35,914 nucleotides of DNA from a bacterium (GCA_037137535.1 JBAXKC010000026.1:1-35914), one strand, 5' to 3'. Shown: positions 18,092 through 28,189, counted from the stretch's first letter. Notes: a model not told the origin generated them from the sequence alone. Program-made: numbers and translations.

Positions 18092-19051
18092 ATGAATAAA
18101 ACTTTAGTCGGTTTACTTATATCTGCCGTTATTTTCTCGGCTACCAGTCCATCTTATGCATGGACACACAAAAAGCCTGAACCTAATCAAATTTATGCTA
18201 AAACGCTATGGAATGAGCAACAAGGCGAAGTCGTTAATTTAGTTAATAAAATTGTTAAATTATCAAATGAGCGAAAAGTTAATGACTTAAAAGAATTATA
18301 CTCAACGACATTTATTAGTGGCGATGGAATGGATTTAAGCGCTTTTTTTGAAATGATTGATGAAACGTGGAAAGCGTTTCCAGATATGAAATATTCAACG
18401 AATATACTTAATGTCACTGTTAATGGTGACTATGCAACGGTTGAAAGTTTAGACTCTGCTTCCTCAAATAATCTAAAGACTTCTGAATTAACAGATGATA
18501 AAGGAATATTATCAAGTAACTCTCAAGGTCTTCTTTATCTTAGAAAATATGGTAAAGACTGGAAAGTTGTATCTGATAAGGTTTTTTCAGAGGAAACCGT
18601 TATAAAATATGGAACGTCTAAAACCTTAAATGTTAATCTCGTAACTCCTTCTCAAGTTAAAGCAGGCGAAGATTACACTGCTTCATTGTATGCAGATATT
18701 CCACCAGGCATGGTTGCAGTCGGTTCGATTATAAGAGAGCCTATAGCTCATCCATCTGTACAATCAAAAGAAGTATTCAGACAACTTCCTCCTGAAACAC
18801 AAGTACTGGAAAGATTACTAAAAGCAAATACAAGTAATATTAATGAATTAACAACAGCTTCAGTCGGTTTTTCAGAATCAACAGAAGATCAATTTGCTTT
18901 ACCTGATGTAAAATTAACAGGATTAACCGTTATAAGTAAAAGAGTAAATGTTATTCCAATAAGCACTTTTGATTCAAAGAAAGAACCACAGCCAAAACAG
19001 GATAATGCAGAACCTGAAGAGAATGCTAACACAGAAAATCAAGACAATTAG
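18092..19051 (+). CDS. Exported protein with NTF2/SnoaL-like domain
   Basis: Signal peptide (SYA-W); LYSTTFISGDG...WKAFPDMKY and WKVVSD pattern typical of NTF2-like folds. Confidence 0.6.
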   Translation: MNKTLVGLLISAVIFSATSPSYAWTHKKPEPNQIYAKTLWNEQQGEVVNLVNKIVKLSNERKVNDLKELYSTTFISGDGMDLSAFFEMIDETWKAFPDMKYSTNILNVTVNGDYATVESLDSASSNNLKTSELTDDKGILSSNSQGLLYLRKYGKDWKVVSDKVFSEETVIKYGTSKTLNVNLVTPSQVKAGEDYTASLYADIPPGMVAVGSIIREPIAHPSVQSKEVFRQLPPETQVLERLLKANTSNINELTTASVGFSESTEDQFALPDVKLTGLTVISKRVNVIPISTFDSKKEPQPKQDNAEPEENANTENQDN

Positions 19052-19071
19052 ATTTAAGAGAATAAAAAATA

Positions 19072-19557
19072 ATGGTTAATCGTTTATGTCTTATATTATT
19101 TGCATCAATAATTATTTTATTGGACCAGATTACTAAAGTTTGGGTTTCAAATAATTTAATACTTGGACAAAAAATCTTTGTGTTCAAAAATTTTATCAGT
19201 TTTATCTTTGTAAGAAATACGGGAGCAGCTTTTAGTTTATTTGCACAACATACTCAGCTTTTATCGTTATTTTCGGCAATTGTTGCCGTATCAATAATTA
19301 TTTATTTTTTAAAAAAAAGAGGAATTATTCCATTTTATAATGTTATAGGCTGGTCCTTGATTTTAGGCGGAACACTAGGAAACTTAGCTGATAGAGTCAG
19401 ATTAGGCTTTGTTATAGATTTTATAAAACTTGATATAATAAACTCACCTGTCTTTAATATTGCTGATGTTGCAATAAATATAGGTGCATTTATAATTTTA
19501 ATGAAGGCTTTAATTAATATTTCAAATGAAAAGCATACTAAACAAGAAGATAGTTAG
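19072..19557 (+). CDS. lspA: Lipoprotein signal peptidase II
   Basis: DQITK, NTGAAFS, GNLADR, VIDF and FNIAD motifs. Confidence 0.96.
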   Translation: MVNRLCLILFASIIILLDQITKVWVSNNLILGQKIFVFKNFISFIFVRNTGAAFSLFAQHTQLLSLFSAIVAVSIIIYFLKKRGIIPFYNVIGWSLILGGTLGNLADRVRLGFVIDFIKLDIINSPVFNIADVAINIGAFIILMKALINISNEKHTKQEDS

Positions 19558-19574
19558 ATATAGGCGTTAAATTT

Positions 19575-20522
19575 ATGCAATCCGATTTAAGAAAAATTAA
19601 TATAGAAGCAGATATCGATGACACAGAAAAAAGATTGGATGTATTTTTAGCTGACCTTATTCCAGAATTTTCTCGTTCAAGAATACAACAATTAATAAAA
19701 GAAGATAACGCTGTCACTGTTAATGGAAAAAGCCTGAAATCTTCTTATAGGATTAAATATGGGGATTTAATAGAAATTATTATTCCCGAACTAAAACCGC
19801 TTGAGCTGGATGCGGAAAATATACCATTAGATATAAAATATGAAGATGATGATATGCTTGTCGTGAATAAACCCTTTGGAATGCTTACTCATCCGACTTC
19901 TATCGATAAAAACGGTACGCTTGTTAATGCTCTTCTTTATTATTGTCAAGGCAAGCTATCGGGAATAAACGGTGTTATGAGGCCCGGAATCTTGCACAGG
20001 CTTGATAGAGATACGTCAGGACTGTTAATGATAGCAAAAAATGATTTTGCGCATAAAGTTTTATCAGAACAAATCAAAACTAAAACAGCGAGAAGAAGTT
20101 ATCTTACTGTTGTTTTGAATAAAGTCAAAAATGATTCGGGTACATTCAATCATCCAATTGACAGACATCCAACACAGCGTCATAAAATGGGAGTTGTTGA
20201 AGGCGGGAAAAACTCTATCACTCACTGGAAAGTCATTAAAAGATACAAAGGTTATACTTTTGTCGAAGCAACTTTAGGTACAGGTAGAACTCATCAGGTT
20301 AGAGTTCATTTTTCCCATAATAACCACCCTGTTGCTGGCGACCCATTGTATGGCGGAACTAATATAAATATAAAATTAAACGGTCAGGCATTACAAGCGT
20401 ATAAGTTATCTTTTTATAGACCGTCAGATAATAAATTAATAACTATAAAATTAAAACCCGATGAAGATATAAAGAAAATGTTGCGTATTTTACAGAGTAA
20501 GGAATTTAGTGAATATGAATAA
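19575..20522 (+). CDS. rluD: RluA/RluD-family 23S rRNA pseudouridine synthase
   Basis: N-terminal S4 domain (RLDVFL...SRSRIQ), VNKP, HRLDRDTSG, TGRTHQVRVH; follows lspA. Confidence 0.9.
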   Translation: MQSDLRKINIEADIDDTEKRLDVFLADLIPEFSRSRIQQLIKEDNAVTVNGKSLKSSYRIKYGDLIEIIIPELKPLELDAENIPLDIKYEDDDMLVVNKPFGMLTHPTSIDKNGTLVNALLYYCQGKLSGINGVMRPGILHRLDRDTSGLLMIAKNDFAHKVLSEQIKTKTARRSYLTVVLNKVKNDSGTFNHPIDRHPTQRHKMGVVEGGKNSITHWKVIKRYKGYTFVEATLGTGRTHQVRVHFSHNNHPVAGDPLYGGTNINIKLNGQALQAYKLSFYRPSDNKLITIKLKPDEDIKKMLRILQSKEFSEYE

Positions 20523-20856
20523 GTTATTTCTAATATTAGGCAGCTTAATTTTATTACATATTATATATATTGCTGTTGTGAATTTTGGAGTTCATCTTGA
20601 TGTTCATGTTTTAGGCAAATTTTCCATACATGGATTAAAATTAGGCTTAGGGATAATTATGCTAAGTTTTTATTCTTTTATAAGTTCGACTATGATTTTT
20701 TATTACATTTATACATTACTTTCAAAAAAACTGAAAAAACAAACCCGATCTGTGGAAAAAGCATTAATAATTACTGAAGAAAGCACTGACCGCATTAAAG
20801 TATTAGAATCAAAAATACAAACTTTAGAAAAAGCATTAAAGGATGCTCTTTCATAA
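20509..20856 (+). CDS. Hypothetical membrane protein (LapA-like topology: two TM segments plus coiled coil)
   Basis: Two hydrophobic segments and a C-terminal IKVLESKIQTLEKAL coiled coil. Confidence 0.6.
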   Translation: MNMNKLFLILGSLILLHIIYIAVVNFGVHLDVHVLGKFSIHGLKLGLGIIMLSFYSFISSTMIFYYIYTLLSKKLKKQTRSVEKALIITEESTDRIKVLESKIQTLEKALKDALS

Positions 20857-20872
20857 ATTTTAAAAGGACTTT

Positions 20873-22111
20873 ATGAGTGAAGAGACATTATTATTCAGAA
20901 AAGTAATAATTTACACAGCACTAAGCTTACTTATTTATTATGTTTGCTCTAAAACATATACAAACTTAACTGATTATTTGACTATCAAAAGATTAGATCA
21001 AAAAATTGAAGATATCAGGATTTCTCATTCGTTAAAAGAGGAAACATCAATTGATTCTTATAAATATTCAAGGATTATTTCTGATGGAATTCTGCATAGA
21101 AAATATATTAAATGGCTAAATAATAAACCGATAGTTATTAATATTGTAAGCATTTCCTCAATGGCGAAAAATGCAACTGTATCAACATCTTATGGTGATT
21201 ATTTTATAAACAGACCTAAAACCGTAAAAACTATTACAGGTAAAGAAAAAGCTATAATCGGTATAAATGCCTCGTATTTCAATGAAACAAATAAAATTCC
21301 TGTGGGAGCTTCTATTGTTAATGGAGAAATTATCACTGGTCCTATGTATAATCGTGTTTCTTTTGGCATTACTAATGATCAGAAGTTTAAAATTGATAAA
21401 ATTCATGTTTTTGGAAATATTAAAATTAACAATAAAAAACTTCAATTATTTAATATAAATCAGCCTGCTCTGAGTAAAGTCGGATTTACCGTTTATAATT
21501 CGCATTGGGGAGATACAACACCTAAAACCTCCACTGAATATAGTCATATTGTAGTAAAAGATAATAAGATTGATTTTGTTAAAAATAGTAGCGTCAGCAT
21601 ACCGAAAAATGGATTTGTGCTTGTAGGGTTACATAAAAATCTGCCAAAACCTTTATTAAAGGGAGAGTCCACAACATATAAAACAATAATCTCTCCTTTA
21701 AACTGGAATAATGTTAATTATGCGGTTAGTGGAGGTCCTTATTTAATTAAAGACGGCAGAATATTTATAGATAAACAAAAATTTTCTAAAGAGTTTTTAT
21801 GGACAAAAGACTCAAGAACAGCAATAGGTTATACAAAAAACGGAACATTAATACTTCTTACCGTTGATGCAATAAGAAAAGGGATTTCTGAAGGTGCAAC
21901 AATATACGAACTGGCAAAAATCATGTGGGAAATAGGTGCATACGAATCTATAAATTTAGACGGTGGAAAATCGACACAAATGATAATCAATTCAAGATTA
22001 GTAAATTATCCGAGGGTAAAACATGGAAATAAAGTAATAAATGCAATTATTATACGAACTTCTTTAACACAGCCTGTAAGTTTTGATAATGTTCATTCTA
22101 TGAGGAATTAA
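20873..22111 (+). CDS. Phosphodiester glycosidase (NAGPA/DUF2233) family protein
   Basis: GINASYF, SGGPYL, SRTAIG, LLTVD and NLDGGKST motifs; N-terminal membrane anchor. Confidence 0.85.
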   Translation: MSEETLLFRKVIIYTALSLLIYYVCSKTYTNLTDYLTIKRLDQKIEDIRISHSLKEETSIDSYKYSRIISDGILHRKYIKWLNNKPIVINIVSISSMAKNATVSTSYGDYFINRPKTVKTITGKEKAIIGINASYFNETNKIPVGASIVNGEIITGPMYNRVSFGITNDQKFKIDKIHVFGNIKINNKKLQLFNINQPALSKVGFTVYNSHWGDTTPKTSTEYSHIVVKDNKIDFVKNSSVSIPKNGFVLVGLHKNLPKPLLKGESTTYKTIISPLNWNNVNYAVSGGPYLIKDGRIFIDKQKFSKEFLWTKDSRTAIGYTKNGTLILLTVDAIRKGISEGATIYELAKIMWEIGAYESINLDGGKSTQMIINSRLVNYPRVKHGNKVINAIIIRTSLTQPVSFDNVHSMRN

Positions 22112-22145
22112 GTATAAATTTTTAATAAAAATAATAAAAAATCGT

Positions 22146-22175
22146 TTGACAGTGGAATAATCAGCATTTTATACT
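22146..22175 (+). promoter_or_regulatory. sigma70 promoter of purA
   Basis: TTGACA-N18-TATACT; GAGGA RBS before the TTG start. Confidence 0.6.
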
Positions 22176-22212
22176 ATATGGTTTCCTGAAAGTAAACTGC
22201 GAGGATTTTAAA

Positions 22213-23508
22213 TTGACTAATGTTGTCGTTATAGGCGCTCAGTGGGGCGATGAAGGTAAAGCTAAAATTACTGACTTATTGTCAGAATATGCTGATTTAA
22301 TTATCAGATATCAAGGTGGATGTAATGCGGGCCATACGGTTGTAGTAGATAATAAAACTTATAAGTTTCATCTTATTCCTTCGGGAGTTTTATATGATAA
22401 TAAAACCTGTATTATTGGACCGGGGACTGTTATTAACCCGCCTTCGCTGACAGAAGAACTAGACGGATTAAAAGAACAGGGAATAAGCACCGATAAACTT
22501 TATATCAGTACTTTGGCTCATATAACAATGCCATGGCACATTGACATTGATAGTAACAGTGAAAAATCACTTGGGAAAAATAAAATCGGTACAACAAATA
22601 AAGGCATTGGGCCGACTTATACCGACAAATATAATCGTTTAGGCATTAGAGCAGAAGATTTATTGGATGTTGAAACTTTAAGCGAAAAACTTGATGTTAT
22701 TTTGCCACAAAAAAACGAAATATTAGAAAAAATATACGGACTTAAACCATATACAAAAGAAGAAATCCTTCTTTTCTGCAAAAAATATGCAGAAATACTT
22801 AAACCATTTATTTGCGATACCATTCCAATGGTTACAAACGCGGTTAAAACAAATAAACAGATTTTATTTGAAGGCGCTCAAGGAAGTATGCTTGATATAA
22901 ACTATGGAACATATCCATACGTTACAAGCTCAAGTCCTGTGGCAGGCGGAGCAACTATAGGAAGCGGGATTGGTCCTACTCACATTAATAGAGTCATAGG
23001 TGTATCAAAAGCCTATACAACAAGAGTTGGCGAAGGTCCATTCTTGACTGAACTAGAAGACGAGTATGGTAAAAAAATCCAAGAAATTGGGCATGAATTT
23101 GGAACAACAACAGGAAGAGCAAGACGTTGCGGATGGATTGACTGCGTAGCATTAAGATATGCCGCTGCTGTTAATGGAATGACAGACCTTGCACTTACTA
23201 AGATTGACATATTCAATAACTTTGAAGAACTAAAAATTTGTGTAGCATATAGAGACACAAGAGATGGGAAAGTTTACAGAGATTACCCGACAAATATTTA
23301 TATTCATAAGTATTTAGAAGCAGTTTATGAAACAATGCCGGGCTGGAATTCAGACATTTGCAATATAACTGATTACGACAAATTACCTTCTACTGCTAAA
23401 GAATATATTAAAAAAGTTGAAGAAGAAGTTGGTGTAACTGTTTCTATAATTAGTGTCGGAGCAAATAGAGACAATACTATAATTTTAGACAATCCATTAG
23501 TTAAATAA
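22213..23508 (+). CDS. purA: Adenylosuccinate synthetase
   Basis: GAQWGDEGKAK, QGGCNAGHT, EGAQG, GTYPYVTSS and GTTTGRARRCGW motifs. Confidence 0.98.
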   Translation: MTNVVVIGAQWGDEGKAKITDLLSEYADLIIRYQGGCNAGHTVVVDNKTYKFHLIPSGVLYDNKTCIIGPGTVINPPSLTEELDGLKEQGISTDKLYISTLAHITMPWHIDIDSNSEKSLGKNKIGTTNKGIGPTYTDKYNRLGIRAEDLLDVETLSEKLDVILPQKNEILEKIYGLKPYTKEEILLFCKKYAEILKPFICDTIPMVTNAVKTNKQILFEGAQGSMLDINYGTYPYVTSSSPVAGGATIGSGIGPTHINRVIGVSKAYTTRVGEGPFLTELEDEYGKKIQEIGHEFGTTTGRARRCGWIDCVALRYAAAVNGMTDLALTKIDIFNNFEELKICVAYRDTRDGKVYRDYPTNIYIHKYLEAVYETMPGWNSDICNITDYDKLPSTAKEYIKKVEEEVGVTVSIISVGANRDNTIILDNPLVK

Positions 23509-23537
23509 AAATATTTCAAAATGTAAACCAAAGTAAT

Positions 23538-23577
23538 AAACGCTCAATGTCTTTTAATAAAAGAATATTGAGCGTTT
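23538..23577 (+). terminator. Terminator of purA
   Basis: AAACGCTCAAT...ATTGAGCGTTT stem. Confidence 0.7.
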
Positions 23578-23635
23578 TAATTTAGAGAAAATCATCAAAT
23601 CAATAATTTCAGTTGACAAAAGTAAAAATAATCAC

Positions 23636-23664
23636 TTGACTTAGAGTCATGCTATTGGTATCTT
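23636..23664 (+). promoter_or_regulatory. sigma70 promoter of tRNA-Lys copy 1
   Basis: TTGACT-N17-TATCTT; the same boxes precede copy 2. Confidence 0.7.
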
Positions 23665-23703
23665 TATCTTGTCGGGTAAAATAGAATATATGATTTAAGG
23701 TTT

Positions 23704-23776
23704 GCGACCATAGCTCAGCTGGTAGAGCACTCCCCTTTTAAGGGATAGGTCCTGCGTTCGAATCGCAGTGGTCGCA
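23704..23776 (+). tRNA. tRNA-Lys(UUU), copy 1; CCA not encoded
   Basis: Cloverleaf: GCGACCA/TGGTCGC acceptor stem, D arm GCTC/GAGC, anticodon loop CT-TTT-AA, T arm CTGCG-TTCGAAT-CGCAG. Confidence 0.96.
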
Positions 23777-23786
23777 TATTTATTTT

Positions 23787-23840
23787 AAAAATAGAAATAA
23801 ACAAATTTGAAAAGTTCAAGTTTTTTTATTTCTATTTTTT
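23787..23840. terminator. Hairpin after tRNA-Lys copy 1
   Basis: AAAAATAGAAATAAA...TTTATTTCTATTTTT. Confidence 0.55.
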
Positions 23841-23955
23841 TATTGCATACTTTGGGAGAGAATCTTTTCTTTTAATTTTTTGAAAAAATAGCTCTATATT
23901 ATTGATAAATAAAGAGCTGTTCAATAGTTCAAGATGTTACATGGTCGCTTTATTT

Positions 23956-24660
23956 TTAATCAAATTGCACTAATTGATGAAATTGAAAATTTGTTTTATA
24001 TTCTTGCCCTTCACGTATGTACCAAGGCAAATATTCAAATTCAAATATATATTTATAATTGTTTAAAACCAATTTTGGAGATTCTAAAATGACCGCAGGA
24101 AAATTTCGCCCTCTTTTATTAATGCTAACAGTTTCTTTTACCTTATTTATTATTTCAGCATCATTTTTATTAAGATATTTAGGTGAAAGTCCATCTCCTA
24201 ATATAATGCGTTGATCTTCCAGGTTAAATTCAATTAGATAATATAAAGCAAAATCTTGATAGTCCAAGCTGTATGCCGGAAGACTTCTTCCAGTTTGATA
24301 AGTAAGGAGTGATTCTTTTATCATATTTATAATTTCTTTATTATTTCCTGCAAGATGCTTAGGTGCAACAATTCTACTTATTTTTAATTCACACAGCTCA
24401 TTTATATTTTTTTCATAGACCTGAAATATAATTACATTTCCATTCCAAACTAAGGCATAGAATTTGGGAATTCCCCACCCACCTCCTCCTAGTGCTCTAA
24501 GAAAAGCATTACGTTCTCTGTAGATTACCCATCCAGGCTCTCCTCCTGGTATTTTAGGAAGAGGCAAAAGTTCAGGTTCATCACGAGCAGGATCTTTAAA
24601 CTCAAATGAATAATAATATTCTTTATCTGCTTCTGTCATTTGTTCTTTTTCAAATGCCAT
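23956..24660 (-). CDS. Hypothetical protein with internal repeat (possible orphan immunity-type protein)
   Basis: AGGAG RBS; repeated PKxLxxNxxEIINxxKE...GRxxPA segment. Confidence 0.7.
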   Translation of the reverse strand: MAFEKEQMTEADKEYYYSFEFKDPARDEPELLPLPKIPGGEPGWVIYRERNAFLRALGGGGWGIPKFYALVWNGNVIIFQVYEKNINELCELKISRIVAPKHLAGNNKEIINMIKESLLTYQTGRSLPAYSLDYQDFALYYLIEFNLEDQRIILGDGLSPKYLNKNDAEIINKVKETVSINKRGRNFPAVILESPKLVLNNYKYIFEFEYLPWYIREGQEYKTNFQFHQLVQFD

Positions 24661-25044
24661 TTTTTTCTCCTGTCAATTAGCTTAAAAATAATTAGTAGTT
24701 AATTTAATTATTATATAAAATGGTTGTCTATTCTTCTTAAATTATTAATATTAAAACATATCAAGATTAACTCTTGATTTACTATAAGAAATATTTACAA
24801 AATAATCGTGTAGTTTAAATTATCATAGAGGCTAGTCATAACAAGTAAAATTCAAGTTTTTAGATTAATTTCAATAAATTCTTCAATAATAACTTTCTAC
24901 ATTTTGACCAAAGCCTCATGAGCATCTTAACAAAACCTTCTGATAGTTTAGATTATATAAATTCAAAACATCTTCTCAGCAAGTCATATATTTATTCTAA
25001 ATCGCAAGTAAATCATCATTTTTAAATTTAATAATAAAAAATGC

Positions 25045-25073
25045 TTGACTTAAAACCATGGTGTTGATATCTT
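25045..25073 (+). promoter_or_regulatory. sigma70 promoter of tRNA-Lys copy 2
   Basis: TTGACT-N17-TATCTT followed by TTGTCGGGTAAAA, as in copy 1. Confidence 0.7.
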
Positions 25074-25117
25074 AATTTTGTCGGGTAAAACTGACAAGAC
25101 AAAACAAACACAAACCT

Positions 25118-25190
25118 GCGACCATAGCTCAGCTGGTAGAGCACTCCCCTTTTAAGGGATAGGTCCTGCGTTCGAATCGCAGTGGTCGCA
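25118..25190 (+). tRNA. tRNA-Lys(UUU), copy 2, identical to copy 1
   Basis: 73-nt sequence identical to 23704-23776. Confidence 0.96.
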
Positions 25191-25424
25191 TATTTTTTAA
25201 AAGATGTAAAATTCAAACCTGCTTTTTAAGCCGGTTTTTTTATGCTTTCTTGCAAAGTATCGCCATAATTAAAAGTTTCTTCAATTCATCAGCCGATAAG
25301 ATAATTAAGAATTTGTTATATTGAGCTATTTAAAATAATCGTTGGAGGATGTATATAGCCGATTAATAGCGTTATAGTACTTATACAGTTTGAGAATAAA
25401 TGCCATTTTTAAGAAAACAGAGAG

Positions 25425-26501
25425 ATGGGATTGCGCTATATGTTATGGATTTATGTACGAAATTTTGCATTTTTTGCAATTTTATTAAGTTTATTTTCCT
25501 CGCCAATTGGCGTATATGCTTCTGTTATAAATTCAGAAGAGGAAAATATTAAACTGAATAATTCTGAAATAATTAATCTTTCTTCCGCTTATAATATTAT
25601 AAAAATTTCTGATACTACAGATTATCCAGCCATAACCATGTCAGAAGAACAAATTTTAGGACAATCTTTTAAAAATGAAGATATTTATTCGAGATTAAAC
25701 CGATTAGAACAAAAACTTTTTTCTACCAATTTTTCTAATGATTCTCTTTCCGACAGAGTAGATAGAATTAGAAATTTAAATACTAATGAAACTCTTTCTG
25801 AAAATAATAATAACGATAATAATGATTCAGATTCTAATAATGTTATAAATAGACTTTTTGATGCCGAAATAAACGCACTAGGAACTTCATTTGAAGATGA
25901 AAGTGTTCAGGCAAGATTAACAAGGCTGGAAAAAGTTATCTTCGGTTATAAGCAAAGTGGAAGCATTCAGAGCAGAATCAATCAAGTCTATAAAATGTCT
26001 ATGTCAACAAATAATAGATATCGTAATGAAACTCAAAATAATAAAAGTGACGACTATGATTACAAATCTTATAATCAGCCTACTCAACAAAATACATATC
26101 AAGCCTTTAATACACCTGTAGAATCAAGCAGTTATTACACAAATCAGTCAACTCCAACTACTTCATATAATAATTATTCAGAATTTAATAATTTAGCTAG
26201 CAATTCTCAAATGGATTCTGACTTTTATAATGATAGTAGCCCACAGCAAACAACAGGTATAGTTGATGCGTTAAAACAAATTGCTTATCCGTTTGCGTTG
26301 TATTTTTTGAACAAATCAAAAGTAGGAAATTACATTCCTCAAGATGTTGTTAATCAATATATGGGCAATCCAAACTATTATAATTATGCAAATCAATATG
26401 GTTATCAGCCTAATTATAATAACAATTTAACTCCTTATCAAAGACAACTTTTGCAGCAAAATGCATATTGGTCAGGCTCAAGAGCAAGAGTTATTCCTTG
26501 A
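25425..26501 (+). CDS. Hypothetical exported protein with helical RLxRLE repeats and N/Q/Y-rich tail
   Basis: Signal-peptide-like N-terminus (VYA-S); two copies of LGxSFxxExxxxRLxRLExxxF...SxxxRx. Confidence 0.75.
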   Translation: MGLRYMLWIYVRNFAFFAILLSLFSSPIGVYASVINSEEENIKLNNSEIINLSSAYNIIKISDTTDYPAITMSEEQILGQSFKNEDIYSRLNRLEQKLFSTNFSNDSLSDRVDRIRNLNTNETLSENNNNDNNDSDSNNVINRLFDAEINALGTSFEDESVQARLTRLEKVIFGYKQSGSIQSRINQVYKMSMSTNNRYRNETQNNKSDDYDYKSYNQPTQQNTYQAFNTPVESSSYYTNQSTPTTSYNNYSEFNNLASNSQMDSDFYNDSSPQQTTGIVDALKQIAYPFALYFLNKSKVGNYIPQDVVNQYMGNPNYYNYANQYGYQPNYNNNLTPYQRQLLQQNAYWSGSRARVIP

Positions 26502-26633
26502 AACAATTGTAAAGATATGTTAAATTGTAACTTGTACACTAGCAATTTTTTTTTTGTTTTATACTTATAGTAAATGAGACAGAGAAATAAATAATTGAAG
26601 AGATTGAATAACAACTATTAAGGAGATTACCCG

Positions 26634-26897
26634 ATGATGATAGATGAAACTAAATTAAATATAGAACTTCTTGAACGAATTTTTAATAAAGAATGCAGCA
26701 GCAAGAAAAGCATTGTTGATTATGCAAATCCGGAAACATTCGCTATTGCTTATAGAATCAGAGAAGGTCTTGAAATGATTCAAAAAGAAGCTGAAAATAG
26801 AGTTATTAAAAAAACTATAATTGAAGAATTTGGTAAAGAATATCCATCAATCGAAGAAATGGTTTTAAATAAAGTTTTTAACGGAGAAGAAGCTTAA
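26634..26897 (+). CDS. Hypothetical protein (87 aa)
   Basis: AAGGAG RBS and its own terminator. Confidence 0.75.
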   Translation: MMIDETKLNIELLERIFNKECSSKKSIVDYANPETFAIAYRIREGLEMIQKEAENRVIKKTIIEEFGKEYPSIEEMVLNKVFNGEEA

Positions 26898-26918
26898 TCT
26901 AAGGCAGAATAGAAATTT

Positions 26919-26950
26919 AAAAATCCGAGATTTAAATCTCGGATTTTTTT
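26919..26950 (+). terminator. Intrinsic terminator
   Basis: AAAAATCCGAGATT/AATCTCGGATTTTT stem with T-tract. Confidence 0.8.
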
Positions 26951-27046
26951 GTCTAAAGATTAAAATATTATAAAGGCATTTTTATTGTATGTTACACTTT
27001 TTGTATAAGCTAAAAAGTTGTAGGCAAGCTAAAAAGGCGGATTATT

Positions 27047-28165
27047 ATGATTCCTATTCTTGATTTAAAAAGACAATATAATTCAATGAAAACAGAAATA
27101 GATAAAGCGGTAATTGATGTACTGGAGTCAGGCTGTTTTGTTTTAGGACCAAATGTTAAAGAATTAGAGAAGGACATAGCTACTTATTGCAATACAAAAC
27201 ACGCTGTTTCTCTTGCATCAGGTACAGATGCTATTCATTTAGCCTTAAGAGCATTAGATATTGGAGTTGGCGATGAAGTAATTACCGTTTCATTTACTTT
27301 TGTGGCTACAACTGAAGCTATTAGTCTTGTAGGAGCGACTCCTGTCTTTGTTGATGTAGATGAAAAGACTTTTAATATTGATTATAAAGAAATTGAAAAG
27401 AAAATAACTCCAAAAACAAAAGCAATTATGCCCGTTCATCTTTATGGACAACCTTGCGACATGGATATAATTTTAGAAATTGCTAAAAAATACAATTTAG
27501 CAGTTATAGAAGATTGCTGTCAGGCTATCGGAGCGGAATACAAAGGTAAAAAAGTCGGTTCATTCGGTGAGATTGGATGCTTTAGCTTCTTCCCGACTAA
27601 AAACCTCGGAGCTTACGGCGATGGTGGAATAATCACGACAAATAGCGATTTTATAGCAGACAGAATGTTAGCATTAAGAAATCATGGTGGAAAAGTCCGT
27701 TATTACCATGATGAAGTAGGGACAAACAGCAGATTAGACGAAATGCAAGCCGCTATTTTAAGAGTAAAACTACCTCATATAGATAAATGGAACAATCAAA
27801 GAAAAGAAGCTGCCGACTATTATAATAATTTATTTGCAGGTGTTGAAGGAGTTGAAACTCCCTATGAGCTAGACGAAACCTCTTGTGTTTATCACCAATA
27901 TACTTTAAAAGTTAAAAATAGAGATGCTTTACACAAATACCTCAATGAAAATGGTGTTATGGCAATGATTTATTATCCTGTGCCTTTGCATTTACAAAAA
28001 CTTCATGAAAATCTTGGAATTAAAAAAGGTGAATTACCTGTAACTGAAGATTTAAACTTAAAAGTCTTATCTTTGCCAATATTCCCCGAACTTACCAGAG
28101 ATGAACAAAACACCGTTGCTCAAACTCTAATTAAAGGCTTAGCCGAGCTTAAAGCTACAGTTTAA
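27047..28165 (+). CDS. DegT/DnrJ/EryC1/StrS family nucleotide-sugar aminotransferase
   Basis: SGTDAIHLAL, PVHLYGQ, EDCCQA, SFFPTKNLGAYGDGG (PLP Lys) and NSRLDE motifs. Confidence 0.95.
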   Translation: MIPILDLKRQYNSMKTEIDKAVIDVLESGCFVLGPNVKELEKDIATYCNTKHAVSLASGTDAIHLALRALDIGVGDEVITVSFTFVATTEAISLVGATPVFVDVDEKTFNIDYKEIEKKITPKTKAIMPVHLYGQPCDMDIILEIAKKYNLAVIEDCCQAIGAEYKGKKVGSFGEIGCFSFFPTKNLGAYGDGGIITTNSDFIADRMLALRNHGGKVRYYHDEVGTNSRLDEMQAAILRVKLPHIDKWNNQRKEAADYYNNLFAGVEGVETPYELDETSCVYHQYTLKVKNRDALHKYLNENGVMAMIYYPVPLHLQKLHENLGIKKGELPVTEDLNLKVLSLPIFPELTRDEQNTVAQTLIKGLAELKATV

Positions 28166-28189
28166 ATTAGACTTGTACATTCTAAAATT

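Noticed and set aside
24780-25020. Possible decayed gene remnant on the minus strand
   Set aside because: Only short stop-interrupted frames with no recognisable homology.
23704-25190. Prophage or integrative element with attL/attR at tRNA-Lys
   Set aside because: No integrase or phage genes; both copies are full-length with their own promoters.
25028-25216. 62-aa minus-strand ORF
   Set aside because: It is the antisense reading of the tRNA-Lys gene.
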